From NCBI GenBank assembly GCA_030428105.1, contig JAUIBE010000005.1, positions 6,476-70,475 on the forward strand: a stretch of 64,000 nt of DNA, written 5' to 3'. The position numbers and the translations under genes were made by a program. The notes beneath the pieces were generated by a model that worked only from the letters and a program-made list of their open reading frames with translations, did not search any database and was not told where the DNA came from. The DNA comes from Gammaproteobacteria bacterium. GTDB taxonomy: Bacteria; Pseudomonadota; Gammaproteobacteria; Xanthomonadales; SZUA-36. This document shows positions 47,605-58,770 of this stretch, piece after piece (positions within the stretch are counted from its first letter, which is position 1; each line of letters opens with the position of its first letter).

Positions 47605-48998
47605 ATAGCGCGCAGGAACAATCCATGGAGCCCCCTGTTAAAGGGGTGAATATTGCACCGGGCTGGAAGCCCGATACCTGGACAGGGCGGGAGACCCTGC
47701 AGCAGCCGACCTATCCGGACCAGGCTGCACTGCACAGCGTGCTCGATCGCCTGAGCACCCTGCCGCCGCTGGTCACCTCGTGGGAAATTCTTAACCTGCG
47801 CGAGCAGATTGCCGACGCCCAGGCGGGCAAACGCTTTGTGCTGCAGGGCGGCGATTGCGCCGAGAGCTTCAACGAATGCTCTTCGCCGTTGATCACCAAC
47901 CGCCTGAAAGTGCTGCTGCAGATGAGCCTGGTGCTGGTGCACGGCATGGAAAAACCGGTGGTGCGCATCGGCCGCTTCGCCGGCCAGTACGCCAAGCCGC
48001 GCTCTTCCGATACCGAAACCCGCGGTGATGTGACGTTGCCCAGCTACCGTGGCGACCTGGTCAACTCGGTGGAATTCACCGAGGAAGCGCGGATTCCCAA
48101 CCCGCAGCGCCTGATCGAGGGCCATGCTTGCTCCTCGCTGACGATGAACTTTGTCCGCGCCCTGGTGGACGGCGGCTTTGCCGACCTGCATCACCCCGAA
48201 TACTGGAACCTGAGCTGGGTAGAGCACTCGCCCCTGGCCGAGGAATTCCAGCGCCTGGCGGACAACATCGGTCAATCGGTGCGCTTCATGGAAACCATTT
48301 CCGGACGTAAGCCGGGCAGCGTCAAGCGGGTGGATTTCTTCACCTCCCACGAGGCCTTGCACCTGCACTACGAACAGGCGCTTACCCGCCAGGTGCCGCG
48401 CCAGTGGGGCTGGTTCAACCTGTCTACCCATTTCCCGTGGATCGGCATGCGCACAGCGGCGCTGGACGGCGGCCACGTGGAGTTCTTCCGCGGCATCCGT
48501 AATCCCATTGGTATCAAGGTAGGCCCTGGCATGACCCGCGAGTGGCTGGCAGACCTGCTGGCGGTGCTCAACCCCGAGCGTGAAGCCGGGCGCATCGTGC
48601 TGATTCACCGCATGGGTGAGCAGAAGATCGAGGAGCACCTGCCCAAGCTGATCTCAACCGTGAAAGACACCGGCTCGCCGGTGCTGTGGGTGTGCGACCC
48701 GATGCACGGCAACACCGAATCTACCCAGTCGGGCGTCAAGACCCGTCGTTTCCGCAAGATCATGAACGAGGTCGACCTGGCTTTCGATATTCATGCCTCG
48801 CAGGGCAGTCGCCTGGGTGGCGTGCACCTGGAGCTTACCGGCGAAGACGTTACTGAATGCACCGGCGGAGCGCGCGACCTGTCTGATGAAGACCTGGGCC
48901 GGGCCTACAAGACCATGGTCGACCCGCGGCTTAACTACGAGCAGTCGCTGGAACTGGCCATGCTGATCGTTCGCAAGCACAACCAGGTCACGCCCTGA
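47601..48998 (+). CDS. 3-deoxy-7-phosphoheptulonate (DAHP) synthase, class II
   Basis: ~465 aa from MNSAQEQ.... ...LQGGDCAESF... and ...WIGMRT... are class II (plant/Mycobacterium-type) AroA(II) motifs. The start overlaps the dsbB stop (ATGA). Confidence 0.85.
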   Translation: MNSAQEQSMEPPVKGVNIAPGWKPDTWTGRETLQQPTYPDQAALHSVLDRLSTLPPLVTSWEILNLREQIADAQAGKRFVLQGGDCAESFNECSSPLITNRLKVLLQMSLVLVHGMEKPVVRIGRFAGQYAKPRSSDTETRGDVTLPSYRGDLVNSVEFTEEARIPNPQRLIEGHACSSLTMNFVRALVDGGFADLHHPEYWNLSWVEHSPLAEEFQRLADNIGQSVRFMETISGRKPGSVKRVDFFTSHEALHLHYEQALTRQVPRQWGWFNLSTHFPWIGMRTAALDGGHVEFFRGIRNPIGIKVGPGMTREWLADLLAVLNPEREAGRIVLIHRMGEQKIEEHLPKLISTVKDTGSPVLWVCDPMHGNTESTQSGVKTRRFRKIMNEVDLAFDIHASQGSRLGGVHLELTGEDVTECTGGARDLSDEDLGRAYKTMVDPRLNYEQSLELAMLIVRKHNQVTP

Positions 48999-49071
48999 GG
49001 CGCTGTTTCTGAGGTTCACGGCTCCACCACGGGCGCATCGCTTCTGGCTGGCCGCGGCTGCGGTTGCCGCT

Positions 49072-50898
49072 TTGCTGTTTGCGCCGGTGCAGGTTTTGCT
49101 GGCGCAAGGTTCCGCTGGCGGCGTGACCAGCGTCAGCCACACCCTCAGTTTCCCGCGCCGCGCGGCCCAGTACCTCCACGTTGAATCGACATTTCCCGCC
49201 AGCGGTGCGACGCTGGAGGTGTCCATGCCAAGCTGGACGCCAGGTTCCTACCTGATCCGCGACTTCGCTGGCCAGGTCGAAGGCATGGCGGCCCGTAGTG
49301 CCGCCGGCAAATCGCTTCCCATCCTCAAGGTGGCCAAGAATCGCTGGTTGGTGGAAACCCGTGGCGCTACCGCGGTCACCCTGGGCTATGACGTGTGGGG
49401 CGGAACCCTCAGCGTGCAGGACAACTGGGTGGAACAGGATTTTGCCCTGCTCAACGGCGCCGGCGTCTACCTCTACAGCGAAGCCAGCCGCGCGCTGCCG
49501 CAAGCACTGCGAATTGAGCTGCCGCAAAGCTGGCCGGACGTACACGTGGCTTTGCCGGGCCCGGATTCGTCGGGGCGCTATACGGCGCGCAACTTCGATG
49601 AGCTGGTGGACAGCCCGATCCTGGCCGGCCGCACCAGCGTTTATTCCTTCTCCGCCTGGGGCGCCAACTTCCAGTTGGTGAACTACGGCGAAACCGAACT
49701 GTGGGACGCGCAGCAGGCGGCGACTGACCTGGGGCGGCTGTCGCGTACACAACTCGAGTTCTGGGGCTCCAACCCTTTCGAGCGCGATTACCTGTATCTC
49801 AATGTGCTGATGGGTGGCCGCTCCGGGCTGGAGCACGACCACAGCACGGTGATGATGGGCGACCCGGGCCTGATGCGAGATCGCGATGCCTACATCAAGT
49901 GGTTGGCGCTGGCTTCGCACGAACTGTTCCACGCCTGGAACGTGCGCCGCATGCGGCCCGAGGCATTGCAGGCTTATGACTACGACAGCGAGGTCTACTC
50001 CACCCAGCTGTGGTTCGCCGAGGGCATCACCAGTTACTACGACAACCTGCTGTTGTTCCGCTCCGGCGCCATCACGGTGCAGGAGTTTTTTGACCTGCTT
50101 TCTTTCGAGATACAACAGTACGAGATTCAACCCGGCCGCCTGGTCAGTTCGGCCGAGGAAGCTTCTTTTGACAGCTGGATCAAGCACTACAAGCCCAACG
50201 CCAACCTGGTGAACAGCAGCAGTAATTACTACCGCCGGGGATCGGTGATTGGCTTTGTGCTGGACACCGCCATTCGGCGCGAATCCGACGGTCGTTTCAG
50301 CCTGGATGATGCGATGCGCGAGATGTACAGCCGCTACGGGCCGAGTGCCGAAGGTGTCGGCAGTTTCCCTCCCGGGGCGCTCACCGAGCTTGTCTCCGAA
50401 ATGGCGGGCGCGTCGGTGGCGCAGCGCCTGGAAACCCTGCTCAGCGAACCGGTAGACCCCGATGTGGACGCCGCGCTCGACTGGTATGGCCTGGTGTTGG
50501 AGCGCGCGCCGACACGCAAGGCCGCCGAGGAGGCGGGTAGCCCGCCGCCTGGCGATTTCGGCGTGGTGTGGCAGGAAGCGGCAAGCGCGCTGGTGGTCGA
50601 AAGCGTGCTCCATGGAGGCGCTGCCGCCAACGCGGGGCTGCTGCCCGGTGACGAGTTACTGGCTATTGACGGACACCGGGTTACCCGCGAAACCCAGGAC
50701 CTGGCCTTTCGCATCCTGCGCCCGGGCGAAACGGTGACGCTTACTGTTTCACGCCATCAACGGCTGCGCACGGTGGATGTCACGGTGCAGCACGCGGTGC
50801 CGCAGAACTACCTGATTACCGTCAAGCCGCGAGTGCGGGCTTCAGAGGAACGCCGTCTCGAGGCCTGGCTGGGCCGCGAGCTGGCTATCCAGCAGTAA
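49072..50898 (+). CDS. secreted M61 family glycyl aminopeptidase with C-terminal PDZ domain
   Basis: HELFHAWN plus a downstream E is the M61 zincin motif. C-terminal ...LHGGAAANAGLLPGDELLAIDGHRV... is a PDZ domain. The start appears to be TTG; the N-terminal hydrophobic stretch is signal-peptide-like and the true start may lie upstream. Confidence 0.75.
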   Translation: MLFAPVQVLLAQGSAGGVTSVSHTLSFPRRAAQYLHVESTFPASGATLEVSMPSWTPGSYLIRDFAGQVEGMAARSAAGKSLPILKVAKNRWLVETRGATAVTLGYDVWGGTLSVQDNWVEQDFALLNGAGVYLYSEASRALPQALRIELPQSWPDVHVALPGPDSSGRYTARNFDELVDSPILAGRTSVYSFSAWGANFQLVNYGETELWDAQQAATDLGRLSRTQLEFWGSNPFERDYLYLNVLMGGRSGLEHDHSTVMMGDPGLMRDRDAYIKWLALASHELFHAWNVRRMRPEALQAYDYDSEVYSTQLWFAEGITSYYDNLLLFRSGAITVQEFFDLLSFEIQQYEIQPGRLVSSAEEASFDSWIKHYKPNANLVNSSSNYYRRGSVIGFVLDTAIRRESDGRFSLDDAMREMYSRYGPSAEGVGSFPPGALTELVSEMAGASVAQRLETLLSEPVDPDVDAALDWYGLVLERAPTRKAAEEAGSPPPGDFGVVWQEAASALVVESVLHGGAAANAGLLPGDELLAIDGHRVTRETQDLAFRILRPGETVTLTVSRHQRLRTVDVTVQHAVPQNYLITVKPRVRASEERRLEAWLGRELAIQQ

Positions 50899-50904
50899 GC
50901 GGAT

Positions 50905-52761
50905 CTAGGCCCCTTCGGCCGCGGCTCTTTCCCGGTCTGCTCGCTTGCGCTCATGCTCCAGCAAATGGAGCTTGCGGATGCGGATGTTCTCGGGCGTGAC
51001 TTCCACCAGTTCATCGTCGTCGATAAATTCCAGCGCCTGCTCCAGTGTCATCTTCAGCGCGCCGTCCATCTGCACGTTTTCGTCTTTCAGCACGGTGCGG
51101 ATGTTGGTGAGTTGCTTGGCCTTCATCGGGTTCACGGTGAGGTCGTTGTCGCGGCTGTGAATGCCAATCACCTGGCCCTCGTACACTTCCGAGCCCGGTT
51201 CAATGATCATCCGGCCGCGTTCCTGCAGGTTGAACAGGGCGTAGGGCAGGGCCTTGCCGGTGCCATTGGAGATCAGTACGCCGTTGCGCCGCGCGCTGAT
51301 GGCGCCCTGGCGCACCTGGCCGTAGTGATCGAAGACGTGGAACATCAGGCCGGTGCCGGCGGTGATGGTGCGGAACTCTGACTGGAAGCCAATCAGGCCG
51401 CGCGCCGGTATGGTGTAATCGAGGCGCACACGTCCCTTTCCGTCCGGCTTCATGTCCTGCAATTCACCCTTGCGCTCGCCCAGCGATTCCATCACCGAGC
51501 CCTGGTATTCGGCCTCGAGGTCCACCACCAGTTGCTCGTAGGGTTCCTGGCGCTCGCCATCGCGTTCGATGACGATCACCTCGGGGCGGGAGATGGCCAG
51601 TTCGTAACCCTCGCGGCGCATGGTTTCGATAAGGATGGAAAGGTGCAGTTCGCCGCGGCCTGAAACGCGGAACTTCTCCGGGTCGTCGCCTTCTTCCACG
51701 CGCAGGGCCACGTTGTGGCTGGCCTCACGCAACAGGCGCTCTCGCAATTGGCGGCTGGTGAGGTACTTGCCCTCGCGACCGGCGAACGGTGAGTTGTTCA
51801 CCCGGAAGGTCATGCTGATGGTGGGTTCATCCACGGTCAGCACCGGCATCGCCTCGGGGCTGTCGCGGTCGCACAGCGTGTCAGAGATGCGCAGGTCTTC
51901 CACTCCGGTTACGGCAATGATGTCGCCGGCCTCGGCTTTTTCCACCTCGATGCGCTCCAGGCCATGGAAGCCCAGTACCTGCAACACACGCGCGTTGCGC
52001 TGTTCGCCATCGCGGTCCACCACGCAGATGCGTTGGTTGGGCGCCACGCTTCCGCGCTGCACGCGGCCCACGCCGATCACGCCCACGTAAGGGCTGTAAT
52101 CCAGCGATGAAATGCGCATCTGGAACGGGCCGTCCAGGTCAACACTCGGCGGCGCCACCCGGTTGACGATGGTTTCAAACAGCGGCTGCATGTCGCCTTC
52201 GCGCGCGCTGGACTCGGTAGAGGCAAAGCCCTGCAGCGCCGACGCGTAAATCACCGGAAAATCCAGTTGCTCATCCGAGGCGCCAAGCTTGTCGAACAGT
52301 TCGAAAGTCTGGTCCAGCACCCAATCAGGGCGGGCGCCGTCACGGTCGATCTTGTTGATCACCACGATGGGGTGGAAGCCGAGTTCGAAAGCCTTGCTGG
52401 TGACGAAGCGCGTCTGTGGCATCGGGCCGTCGACGGCGTCTACCAGCAACAGCACCGAATCGACCATGCTGAGAATGCGTTCCACTTCGCCGCCGAAATC
52501 AGCATGGCCCGGGGTATCGACGATGTTGATGCGCCACGGCTCGCCGCTGTCGTCTCCGGGTTGGTTCCAGGTGATCGAGGTGTTCTTGGACAGAATCGTG
52601 ATGCCGCGCTCGCGCTCCAGTTCGTTGGAGTCCATGACTCGCTCGGGCTTGGCGGCGCGTTCGCCCAGCGTTCCGGACTGTTGCAGCAGCTTATCCACCA
52701 GGGTGGTTTTGCCATGGTCGACATGGGCGATGATGGCGATGTTTCTTAAGCGTTCAATCAT
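50905..52761 (-). CDS. typA: translational GTPase TypA/BipA
   Basis: 618 aa. [23 protein letters not shown]... carries the G1-G4 motifs. EF-G-like domain order. Confidence 0.95.
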   Translation of the reverse strand: MIERLRNIAIIAHVDHGKTTLVDKLLQQSGTLGERAAKPERVMDSNELERERGITILSKNTSITWNQPGDDSGEPWRINIVDTPGHADFGGEVERILSMVDSVLLLVDAVDGPMPQTRFVTSKAFELGFHPIVVINKIDRDGARPDWVLDQTFELFDKLGASDEQLDFPVIYASALQGFASTESSAREGDMQPLFETIVNRVAPPSVDLDGPFQMRISSLDYSPYVGVIGVGRVQRGSVAPNQRICVVDRDGEQRNARVLQVLGFHGLERIEVEKAEAGDIIAVTGVEDLRISDTLCDRDSPEAMPVLTVDEPTISMTFRVNNSPFAGREGKYLTSRQLRERLLREASHNVALRVEEGDDPEKFRVSGRGELHLSILIETMRREGYELAISRPEVIVIERDGERQEPYEQLVVDLEAEYQGSVMESLGERKGELQDMKPDGKGRVRLDYTIPARGLIGFQSEFRTITAGTGLMFHVFDHYGQVRQGAISARRNGVLISNGTGKALPYALFNLQERGRMIIEPGSEVYEGQVIGIHSRDNDLTVNPMKAKQLTNIRTVLKDENVQMDGALKMTLEQALEFIDDDELVEVTPENIRIRKLHLLEHERKRADRERAAAEGA

Positions 52762-53801
52762 AGGTTCAGGTCGCGTCTGAGCGGGTAATTGGCCCGCAGG
52801 GCTTCAAAGCCTGCGCTGCGCTCTGACGCGGGCAAGGCCAGCAAGTTCCGCATCGCGGCATCATCCCGTTCCACCGGGAGGGCGTGCAGAAAGGACTCGA
52901 TGAAGTGTTCCGCGTTGATGTCCAGTTCGGGCGCGTCGCCGTTGGCGGGCGCACGCGGCGCCGGCCTTGGCTCAACACCAAAGCACCGGCAGAATTCCTG
53001 GTAAACCATCGCAGAGGCGCGAAACTTGCCATCGAGGCTATAGCCCGCGATATGTGGGGTGGCTACCACCGTGTTTTCAAGGGTTGGCGGGTCAATTTCC
53101 GGTTCGCCGGGCCACACGTCCAGCGCCGCTTTGCCGCCCCGGTTCTGCCAATCGAGCAGGGCAGTGCCGTCAATTACGTCGCCACGACAGGCGTTTATCA
53201 GCAAGGCATCGGCGCCCAGGGCGTCCAGTGCGCTGGCATTGACCATCCGCCAGGTCGGCCAGCGCCCTTCGCGGGTGAGTGGCACGTGAAGGCTGACTAC
53301 ATCGCAGTCGTAGATGGCCGACATCTCCACCAGGCCGGCTTGACCCTGCTCGGCCAAGGGCGGATCGCAGGCAAGGGTCTCGATGCCCAACCGTTGCAGT
53401 AACCCTTGCAGCCGGCTGCCCACGTTGCCGACACCCACGATGCCAAAACGCTGTGCGTACGGGTCCTTGCCGAGCCTTTGGCAAGCCAGGAAGTACATGG
53501 CCAGGGTGTGCTGCGCAGTCGTGACCGCGTTGCAGCCGGGCGCCGAGGCCCAGTGAATGCCTTGCGCTTCCAGGTAGGCGATATCGAGATGGTCGGAGCC
53601 GATGGTGGCGGTGCCTACAAACCGTACCGGCGTTCCCTTTAGCAAAGACTCGTTGACTGGCGTGACCGTACGGGTAATCAGCGCATCGGCATCGGCCAGG
53701 TCATCGCGGGTGATGGCGCGGCCGGGCATGCACACCACTTCGCCGTGGCGGGCAAAAGCCTCGTCGAGCGCGGCAATGCGCTCGTCGGCAACGATTTTCA
53801 C
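52758..53801 (-). CDS. pdxB: erythronate-4-phosphate dehydrogenase
   Basis: GTG start (VKIVADERI...), as E. coli PdxB starts MKILVDE. ...[13 protein letters not shown]... is the NAD-binding Rossmann motif. C-terminal dimerisation domain present. Confidence 0.8.
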   Translation of the reverse strand: MKIVADERIAALDEAFARHGEVVCMPGRAITRDDLADADALITRTVTPVNESLLKGTPVRFVGTATIGSDHLDIAYLEAQGIHWASAPGCNAVTTAQHTLAMYFLACQRLGKDPYAQRFGIVGVGNVGSRLQGLLQRLGIETLACDPPLAEQGQAGLVEMSAIYDCDVVSLHVPLTREGRWPTWRMVNASALDALGADALLINACRGDVIDGTALLDWQNRGGKAALDVWPGEPEIDPPTLENTVVATPHIAGYSLDGKFRASAMVYQEFCRCFGVEPRPAPRAPANGDAPELDINAEHFIESFLHALPVERDDAAMRNLLALPASERSAGFEALRANYPLRRDLNL

Positions 53802-53826
53802 GCCGGCAATCCGCCAAGAGTGCGGA

Positions 53827-55530
53827 CTAGTAGCCCGCCGCCTGGCCGTCCTTGCGTGATTCGGAAGCGCCGATATACACCCCTTGCTCGTGATCACGCA
53901 GGATGGCCTGGTAGCCGCCGTACGGCCCGCGTGCGAATTCGATGGTGTGGCCGCGGCCCATCAGTTCGCGAATTACTTCGTAATCAAACCCCGACTCCAG
54001 GTTGATCACACCGCCGTCACTCATGACCTCGCCGGTGGGTTCGCTCGAACCGGTGTGGTGGATGCGCGGCGCATCGCCGGCCTCCTGCAGGTTCATGCCG
54101 AAATCGATCATGTTCACCACGATCTGCACATGGCCCTGGGGCTGCATGCCACCGCCCATCACGCCGAAGCTCATCCACGGTTTGCCGTCCTTGGTTACGA
54201 AGGCCGGGATAATGGTGTGGAAGGGGCGTTTGCCCGGTTCAAAGCGGTTGGGGTGATCGGCGTCCAGGCTGAACAGCTCACCGCGGTCCTGGAGGCTAAA
54301 GCCCAGCCCAGGCGGCGTCATGCCCGAACCCATGCCGCGGTAGTTGCTCTGGATCAGCGAAACCATGTTGCCCTGGGCGTCGGCGGTGGTGAGGTAAATG
54401 GTGTCGCCTTGCTCCAGCACCGCCGGGTCGCCGTGTGGATAACTGCGCGCGGCGCGCTCCATGTTAATCAGCTCGCCTCGCTCGGCGGCGTATTCCTTGG
54501 AAATCAGGTGGTCCACCGGCGAATCGTAGAAGCTGGAGTCGGCGTAGAAGCGGGCGCGGTCCTCGTAGGCCACTTTCTTGGCCTCGGTGAACAGGTGCAC
54601 GTAGTCAGCCGAACCAAAGCCCATGGCGGCGATGTCGTAAGGCTCCATCAGGTTGAGCATCTGCAGCGCGGCAATGCCCTGGCCGTTAGGCGGAAGCTCC
54701 CACACATCGTAACCACGGTAATTGGTAGAAACCGGCTCGACCCACTCGCTTTCATGCTCGGCCAGGTCCTCGTAAGTGATGAATCCGCCGTTGGCCTGCA
54801 TGTATTCGGCAATCGTGCGCGCGATGTCGCCCTTGTAAAAGGCATCACGGCCACCCTGGGCGATTTGTTCCAGGGTGTTGGCGAGGTTCGGGTTTTTCCA
54901 AATTTCGCCCTTGCGCGGCGCGCGGCCGTCGATGGTGTATTGCTCGACAAATCCTGGGTATTCGCTGCGCGTTGGCACGCTAAGGTTCCAGTAATACGCG
55001 ATCAGCTCACTCACGGGATGGCCGTTGCGTGCGTAGTCGATCGTGGGTTGCAGGATGGCCGTCATCGGCAGGCTGCCGAAGCGCTCGTGCAGCTCGAACC
55101 AGCCATCCACCGCGCCCGGCACCGAAACGGGCAGGGGGCCGTAGGGTGGTATCGAGGTGTAACCGTTTTCGATAAACCATTCGCGGCTCAGGCTCTTCGG
55201 CGAACGGCCCGAGGCGTTCAGCCCGTATAGCTGCTGGCTTTCGGCGTCCCACACGATGGCGTACAGGTCGCCGCCAATGCCATTGCCGGTGGGCTCCATC
55301 AGGCCCAGCGCCGCGTTGGTGGCAATCGCCGCGTCAATGGCGTTGCCGCCGTCTTTCAGAATCTGCAGGCCAATCTGTGTGGCCAGCGGGTGGCTGCTCG
55401 CCACCATGCCGTGCGGAGCGATGACTTCCGAGCGCGTGGCGAAGGGTTTGCCGGTGATTCTGTCTGCGGCCATGGCTTGGGCTCCAAGAAAAAGGCTGAA
55501 CAGGAAAACGGAAAGCTTGGAAATACGCAT
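53827..55530 (-). CDS. ggt: gamma-glutamyltransferase
   Basis: Signal peptide MRISKLSVFLFSLFLGAQAMAA. ...GGNAIDAAIA... and the autoprocessing ...FGVMGGGMQPQGHVQ... with the T nucleophile region (...GTTADAQG... / TTHY-like). Confidence 0.88.
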   Translation of the reverse strand: MRISKLSVFLFSLFLGAQAMAADRITGKPFATRSEVIAPHGMVASSHPLATQIGLQILKDGGNAIDAAIATNAALGLMEPTGNGIGGDLYAIVWDAESQQLYGLNASGRSPKSLSREWFIENGYTSIPPYGPLPVSVPGAVDGWFELHERFGSLPMTAILQPTIDYARNGHPVSELIAYYWNLSVPTRSEYPGFVEQYTIDGRAPRKGEIWKNPNLANTLEQIAQGGRDAFYKGDIARTIAEYMQANGGFITYEDLAEHESEWVEPVSTNYRGYDVWELPPNGQGIAALQMLNLMEPYDIAAMGFGSADYVHLFTEAKKVAYEDRARFYADSSFYDSPVDHLISKEYAAERGELINMERAARSYPHGDPAVLEQGDTIYLTTADAQGNMVSLIQSNYRGMGSGMTPPGLGFSLQDRGELFSLDADHPNRFEPGKRPFHTIIPAFVTKDGKPWMSFGVMGGGMQPQGHVQIVVNMIDFGMNLQEAGDAPRIHHTGSSEPTGEVMSDGGVINLESGFDYEVIRELMGRGHTIEFARGPYGGYQAILRDHEQGVYIGASESRKDGQAAGY

Positions 55531-55693
55531 TGGGGCTCCCGGGGAACGTAATTCGGCCGAATCCGGCAGGAGGCCGGGCGGCAATTTCGGGTACAATGAT
55601 ACAGATTTACTGCGCGTTGGCTCCAACCGCGCGCATCACCGTAGAACCACGGCCGGCAAAGCCGGCGTAGCAAGTCTTTAAGGAGCAGTTTTC

Positions 55694-56671
55694 ATGAACC
55701 CACCCGTCAGAGTGGCCATCACCGGGGCCGCCGGCCAGATTGGCTATCAACTGTGTTTTCGCATCGCCGCCGGCGACATGCTGGGCCCCAACCAGCCCGT
55801 CATCCTGCAGTTGCTTGAAATCACCCCGGCGCTTGGCGCGCTGGAAGGCGTGGTCATGGAGCTCAAGGACGCGGCATTCCCGTTGCTCGATGGCGTGGTG
55901 GCTACCGACGATGCCAACAAGGCCTTCGATGGCGCTGACTACGCCCTGCTGGTGGGCGCTAAGCCGCGCGGCCCAGGCATGGAGCGTGGCGACCTGCTGG
56001 CTGAGAACGGCAAGATCTTTGGCCCCCAGGGCGCGGCGCTGAATGCCCACGCCAGCCGTGACGTGAAAGTCCTGGTGGTGGGCAACCCGGCCAACACCAA
56101 TGCGCTGATCGCGCAGGCTGCAGCGCCGGACCTGGATCCGCGCAACTTCACCGCCATGACCCGGCTCGACCACAACCGCGCCCTGGCGCAACTGGCCGAG
56201 CAGACTGGCAGCCACCATGGCGATATCCGCAAGATGGTGATCTGGGGCAACCACTCCAGCACCCAGTACCCGGATATCCGCTTTGCAGAGGTGGAAGGCA
56301 AGAATGCGACCGAACTGGTAGAGCAGGGCTGGTACCGCGATACCTTCATCCCCGCGGTGCAGCAGCGTGGCGCGGCCATCATCAAGGCGCGCGGCGCTTC
56401 CAGCGCGGCATCTGCCGCCTCTGCCGCGATTGACCACATTCGCAGCTGGGCCCATGGCACCGCGGAAGGCGACTGGGTTTCCATGGCGGTTCCGGCTGAC
56501 GGTAGCTACGGCATCGAACCGGGCATCATTTATTCCTTCCCCTGCGTTTGCAGCAACGGCGACTACCAGATCGTCACTGGCCTGGATATCGACGCATTCA
56601 GCCGCGAGCGCATGGACGCCACCGAAACCGAGCTGCGCGAAGAGCGCGCCGCGGTGGAAAACCTGCTGTAA
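55694..56671 (+). CDS. mdh: malate dehydrogenase (type 2, LDH-like)
   Basis: 325 aa. [20 protein letters not shown]... is the NAD-binding motif. ...[10 protein letters not shown]... and ...RLDHNRA... are catalytic motifs. Confidence 0.93.
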   Translation: MNPPVRVAITGAAGQIGYQLCFRIAAGDMLGPNQPVILQLLEITPALGALEGVVMELKDAAFPLLDGVVATDDANKAFDGADYALLVGAKPRGPGMERGDLLAENGKIFGPQGAALNAHASRDVKVLVVGNPANTNALIAQAAAPDLDPRNFTAMTRLDHNRALAQLAEQTGSHHGDIRKMVIWGNHSSTQYPDIRFAEVEGKNATELVEQGWYRDTFIPAVQQRGAAIIKARGASSAASAASAAIDHIRSWAHGTAEGDWVSMAVPADGSYGIEPGIIYSFPCVCSNGDYQIVTGLDIDAFSRERMDATETELREERAAVENLL

Positions 56672-56699
56672 GCATCAAAGCAAGATAGGAAGTGAATCA

Positions 56700-57587
56700 A
56701 TGTCGAATACCGCGTCGCCAGGAAAGCGACTCAGGCAAGCCGTAGAAGAAAACAAGCCGCTCCAGGTTGTTGGCGCAATCAACGCCTACACCGCGCGCAT
56801 GGCGCAGGCCGTTGGGCACAAGGCGCTGTACCTCTCGGGTGGTGGCGTGGCCGCCAACTCGCTGGGGATCCCCGACCTGGGCATCAGCACCCTCGAAGAT
56901 GTGCTCACCGATGCATCACGCATCACCTCGGCCAGCGATCTTCCTCTGCTGGTGGATGTGGATACCGGTTTTGGCGGCGCCTTCAGTATCGCCCGCACCG
57001 TGCGTTCGCTGATCCGCGCCGAGGTAGCCGGCATGCACATTGAAGACCAGGTGGCCACCAAGCGCTGCGGTCATCGCCCCGGCAAAGCCATTGTTTCCAA
57101 GGAAGAAATGGTCGACCGGGTGAAAGCGGCGGTGGATGCGCGCGGCGATGACGACTTCGTCATCATGGCCCGCACCGATGCCCTGGCGGTGGAAGGCATG
57201 GAGTCGGCGGTTGAACGCGCGGTGGCCTGCGTGGAAGCCGGCGCCGACATGATCTTCCCCGAGGCGATGCGCGAGATTGACCAGTACTCCACGTTCCGCA
57301 AGGCGGTGGGCGTACCGATCCTGGCCAACATCACCGAGTTTGGTCACACCCCGCTGTTCAGCACTCCTGAACTGGGCGAAGCCGGGGTGGATATTGTCCT
57401 GTACTGCTGCTCGGCCTACCGGGCGATGAACCTGGCGGCGGAAACGGTCTACAAGGGCTTGATTTCCGACGGCCATCAACGCAACCTACTTGACAAAATG
57501 CAAACGCGTGACCAGTTATACGAGTACCTGGATTACCACGCCTATGAAGCCAAGCTCGACGAGCTTTTTGCCCAGGCAGACGATTGA
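56700..57587 (+). CDS. prpB: 2-methylisocitrate lyase
   Basis: 295 aa. ...[14 protein letters not shown]... and ...KRCGHRPGK... are ICL/PEP-mutase family catalytic motifs. In prpB-prpC-prpD order. Confidence 0.9.
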   Translation: MSNTASPGKRLRQAVEENKPLQVVGAINAYTARMAQAVGHKALYLSGGGVAANSLGIPDLGISTLEDVLTDASRITSASDLPLLVDVDTGFGGAFSIARTVRSLIRAEVAGMHIEDQVATKRCGHRPGKAIVSKEEMVDRVKAAVDARGDDDFVIMARTDALAVEGMESAVERAVACVEAGADMIFPEAMREIDQYSTFRKAVGVPILANITEFGHTPLFSTPELGEAGVDIVLYCCSAYRAMNLAAETVYKGLISDGHQRNLLDKMQTRDQLYEYLDYHAYEAKLDELFAQADD

Positions 57588-57615
57588 AACGACGAACAGG
57601 ATTGAAAGCAAAACC

Positions 57616-58752
57616 ATGAGTGAACAGACAGAGGTCAAGAAGAACACCGGTGCCGGACTGCGCGGGCAGTCAGCCGGCCAGACAGCCATTTGCACGGTAG
57701 GCGCCGAAGGCAACAGCCTTCGCTACCGTGGCTACGACATGGTGGAACTGGCCAACCACAGCACTTTCTACGAAACGGCCTACCTGATCCTCAAGGGCGA
57801 GCTACCCAACCAGCAGGAGCTGGATGCCTGGAAAACCAAGCTCAAAGGCTTGCGCGGCCTGCCGCAGTCCCTGCGCGAGGTGTTGGAGCGCATTCCCGCC
57901 GATGCGCACCCGATGGACGTGATGCGCACCGGTTGCTCCTTCCTGGGCAACATCGAGCAGGAAGGCGACTTCTCCAACCAGCAGGACGTGGCCGACCGCC
58001 TGCTGGCGGCGTTCCCCTCGATCGTCACTTACTGGTATCGCTACAGCCACGACGGCGTGCGTATTGAAACCGAAACCGATGACGACGGCATCGGCGCACA
58101 CTTCCTGCACATGCTGCATGGCGAGGCGCCGGACGAGCTGGCCGCCCGGGTGATGGATGTTTCGCTGATCCTCTATGCCGAGCACGAATTCAACGCCTCT
58201 ACCTTCACCGCCAGGGTGTGCGCGTCGACGCTGTCTGACCTGCACTCCTGCATCACCGCGGCCATCGGCTCGCTGCGTGGCCCACTGCACGGTGGCGCCA
58301 ACGAGGCGGCCATGGATATGATCGAACAATACGCCTCAGCCGAGGAAGCGGTGGAAGACGTGAAGCGCAAGCTGGCCGCCAAGGAACTGATCATGGGCTT
58401 CGGTCACGCGGTGTACCGCCTGCGTGACCCGCGCAACGCCATCATCAAGGAATGGTCGCGCAAGCTCTCCGAGCAGACCGGCGATGAAGTGCTGTTCCCC
58501 GTCTCCGATGCGGTAGAGCGCACCATGAAGGAAGAGAAGAACATGTTCGCCAATGCGGATTTCTTCCACGCCAGCGCGTACCACTTCATGGGTATTCCCA
58601 CCAAGCTGTTCACGCCGATCTTCGTGATGTCGCGTGTTACCGGCTGGGCCGCGCACTGCTTCGAGCAGCGCGCCAACAACCGCATAATTCGCCCGGGCGC
58701 CGATTACGTCGGACCGGCCGATCGATCCTACGTATCTATCGAAAATCGTTAA
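57616..58752 (+). CDS. prpC: 2-methylcitrate synthase
   Basis: 378 aa citrate-synthase family, with ...GFGHAVYR... and ...HGGANE... motifs. Confidence 0.9.
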   Translation: MSEQTEVKKNTGAGLRGQSAGQTAICTVGAEGNSLRYRGYDMVELANHSTFYETAYLILKGELPNQQELDAWKTKLKGLRGLPQSLREVLERIPADAHPMDVMRTGCSFLGNIEQEGDFSNQQDVADRLLAAFPSIVTYWYRYSHDGVRIETETDDDGIGAHFLHMLHGEAPDELAARVMDVSLILYAEHEFNASTFTARVCASTLSDLHSCITAAIGSLRGPLHGGANEAAMDMIEQYASAEEAVEDVKRKLAAKELIMGFGHAVYRLRDPRNAIIKEWSRKLSEQTGDEVLFPVSDAVERTMKEEKNMFANADFFHASAYHFMGIPTKLFTPIFVMSRVTGWAAHCFEQRANNRIIRPGADYVGPADRSYVSIENR

Positions 58753-58770
58753 TCAAGGAATTTCCAACCC

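Noticed and set aside
48988-50613. 541-aa minus-strand ORF
   Set aside because: Entirely antisense to the well-supported M61 peptidase gene (HExxH, PDZ). The Arg/Ala/Gly-rich translation has no domain signatures. A classic high-GC shadow ORF.
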